NCBI GenBank assembly: GCA_032718475.1
Contig: JAUCBJ010000133.1
Span: 1-61,279, forward strand
Direction: 5' to 3'
DNA from: Nemertoderma westbladi
Taxonomy: Eukaryota > Animalia > Xenacoelomorpha
DNA: 61,279 bases
Part shown: positions 60,330-61,279 of the stretch, piece by piece
How positions within the stretch are numbered: the stretch's first letter is position 1
Layout of the letters: every line of letters starts with the position of its first letter
Notes under the pieces: model-generated
Told to the model about the DNA's origin: nothing
Databases searched by the model: none
The model's input: the letters and a program-made list of their open reading frames with translations, nothing else
Program-made: the position numbers and the translations under genes

Positions 60330-61190
60330 ATCCTTCCTTGAAATCCTACTTCTTGGCATGAAGACAAATGCATCTTACATAATGATTACCATGAGATGGC
60401 TGAGCTTACATTTTGTTCTTTTTAATATTTTAAAGGTTGATCCCTCCCCTGCGGGTGTTTAGGTTCTTGAGGATATGCGCCATTTCTCTAGCCAGGTGGG
60501 GGCCATCAGTATTATATCCTGCGAAGATGTACATGCTTCAAAGCCAACTAGACTATGATAATAGTTACAGGCAGCTGCTGCACCGAATGGTGGGGTTCAA
60601 CTACTTATTATACGTTCCTTGCTGCAACTGGTAGTGCTGATGCTCCAATAAGAGATTTAAATCTGTTTCATGACCTCAGTAAATATAAATATGTTGATCT
60701 TGAATAGGCTGAAGCCACATTGAAGAAGCTCAAACTCCACTTCTGCTATCTGACGGAAGAGTCTGACGGAATATTTTCTATATTCAGTAACCTTGTTGAT
60801 ATTGGGATACAGATAGAAATGTCTACCAGATTACTTAGCTTCACCAAACCAGCTAATTTTGAACTCGGCAAACCTGACTTTCCCATTATAGATGATAAAA
60901 CCATTCTAGTTGATCTAGTTGTTGAAGGGTCATGGGCTTTATTTCATATACTCGGAGTAGTGACCGATTTCCTAAATACCCCACCCGATCAGTGGCCGAA
61001 TTCTTCAGATTCCATGAATGTTCTATCTTTGTTAAAAATCTTAAAGTAGTTAATGACTGTGCTGAATGAGGTGTCAAACTAATCTTCTTGAATACTCCAA
61101 CCCGCAAGGAAGATAACCCAGTCATTTTTACAAGCTGTAGAACAACATAGGCATATGTTTCCAAACTTTAATTTAGATGTACTAAAAAAA
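60330..61190 (+). pseudogene. hATm-like transposase remnant
   Basis: ARW..LY..KMY, APIRDL, KLHFCYLTEE, DLV..SW.LF.ILG..FL..P..W, VVNDCAE.GVKL, VEQHR with many stops. Confidence 0.75.
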
Positions 61191-61279
61191 CATTAAAATA
61201 CTAAATACAAACTCAATGAACTATAGTGATAAACAACCGCGACCTCTATACTAACAGCAGAACTGTTGAACAGACCAAT

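Overview
AT-rich eukaryotic DNA, probably from a bilaterian invertebrate, dominated by nested transposable elements. All host genes found are on the minus strand: a three-exon (or more) CFAP97D1/KIAA1430-like ciliary gene that the ORF track misses (exons 15047-15136, 13143-13238, 11983-12189), an intronless sulfotransferase (19283-20224), an intronless SLC18B1-like MFS transporter (28863-30302), a two-exon cornichon gene (39426-39506 plus 37579-37950), and the 3' part of a partly decayed CUB-domain gene with a hydrophobic tail (55732-55891 plus 45670-45812). Mobile elements include several LINEs (RTEX-like with a long ER/K-repeat ORF1, RTE, Proto2-like, CRE), a Neptune-type Penelope element with a hammerhead-like motif, Harbinger and hATm transposase remnants, hAT, MULE and Sola-like non-autonomous elements with visible TSDs, and Helentron-type (HINE-like) elements. 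The most striking signal is a HINE-like element whose internal repeats carry an invariant CTCF-type motif (CCGCTAGAGGG) about every 146 bp. Family assignments come from remembered motifs, not database searches, and coordinates were counted by eye.
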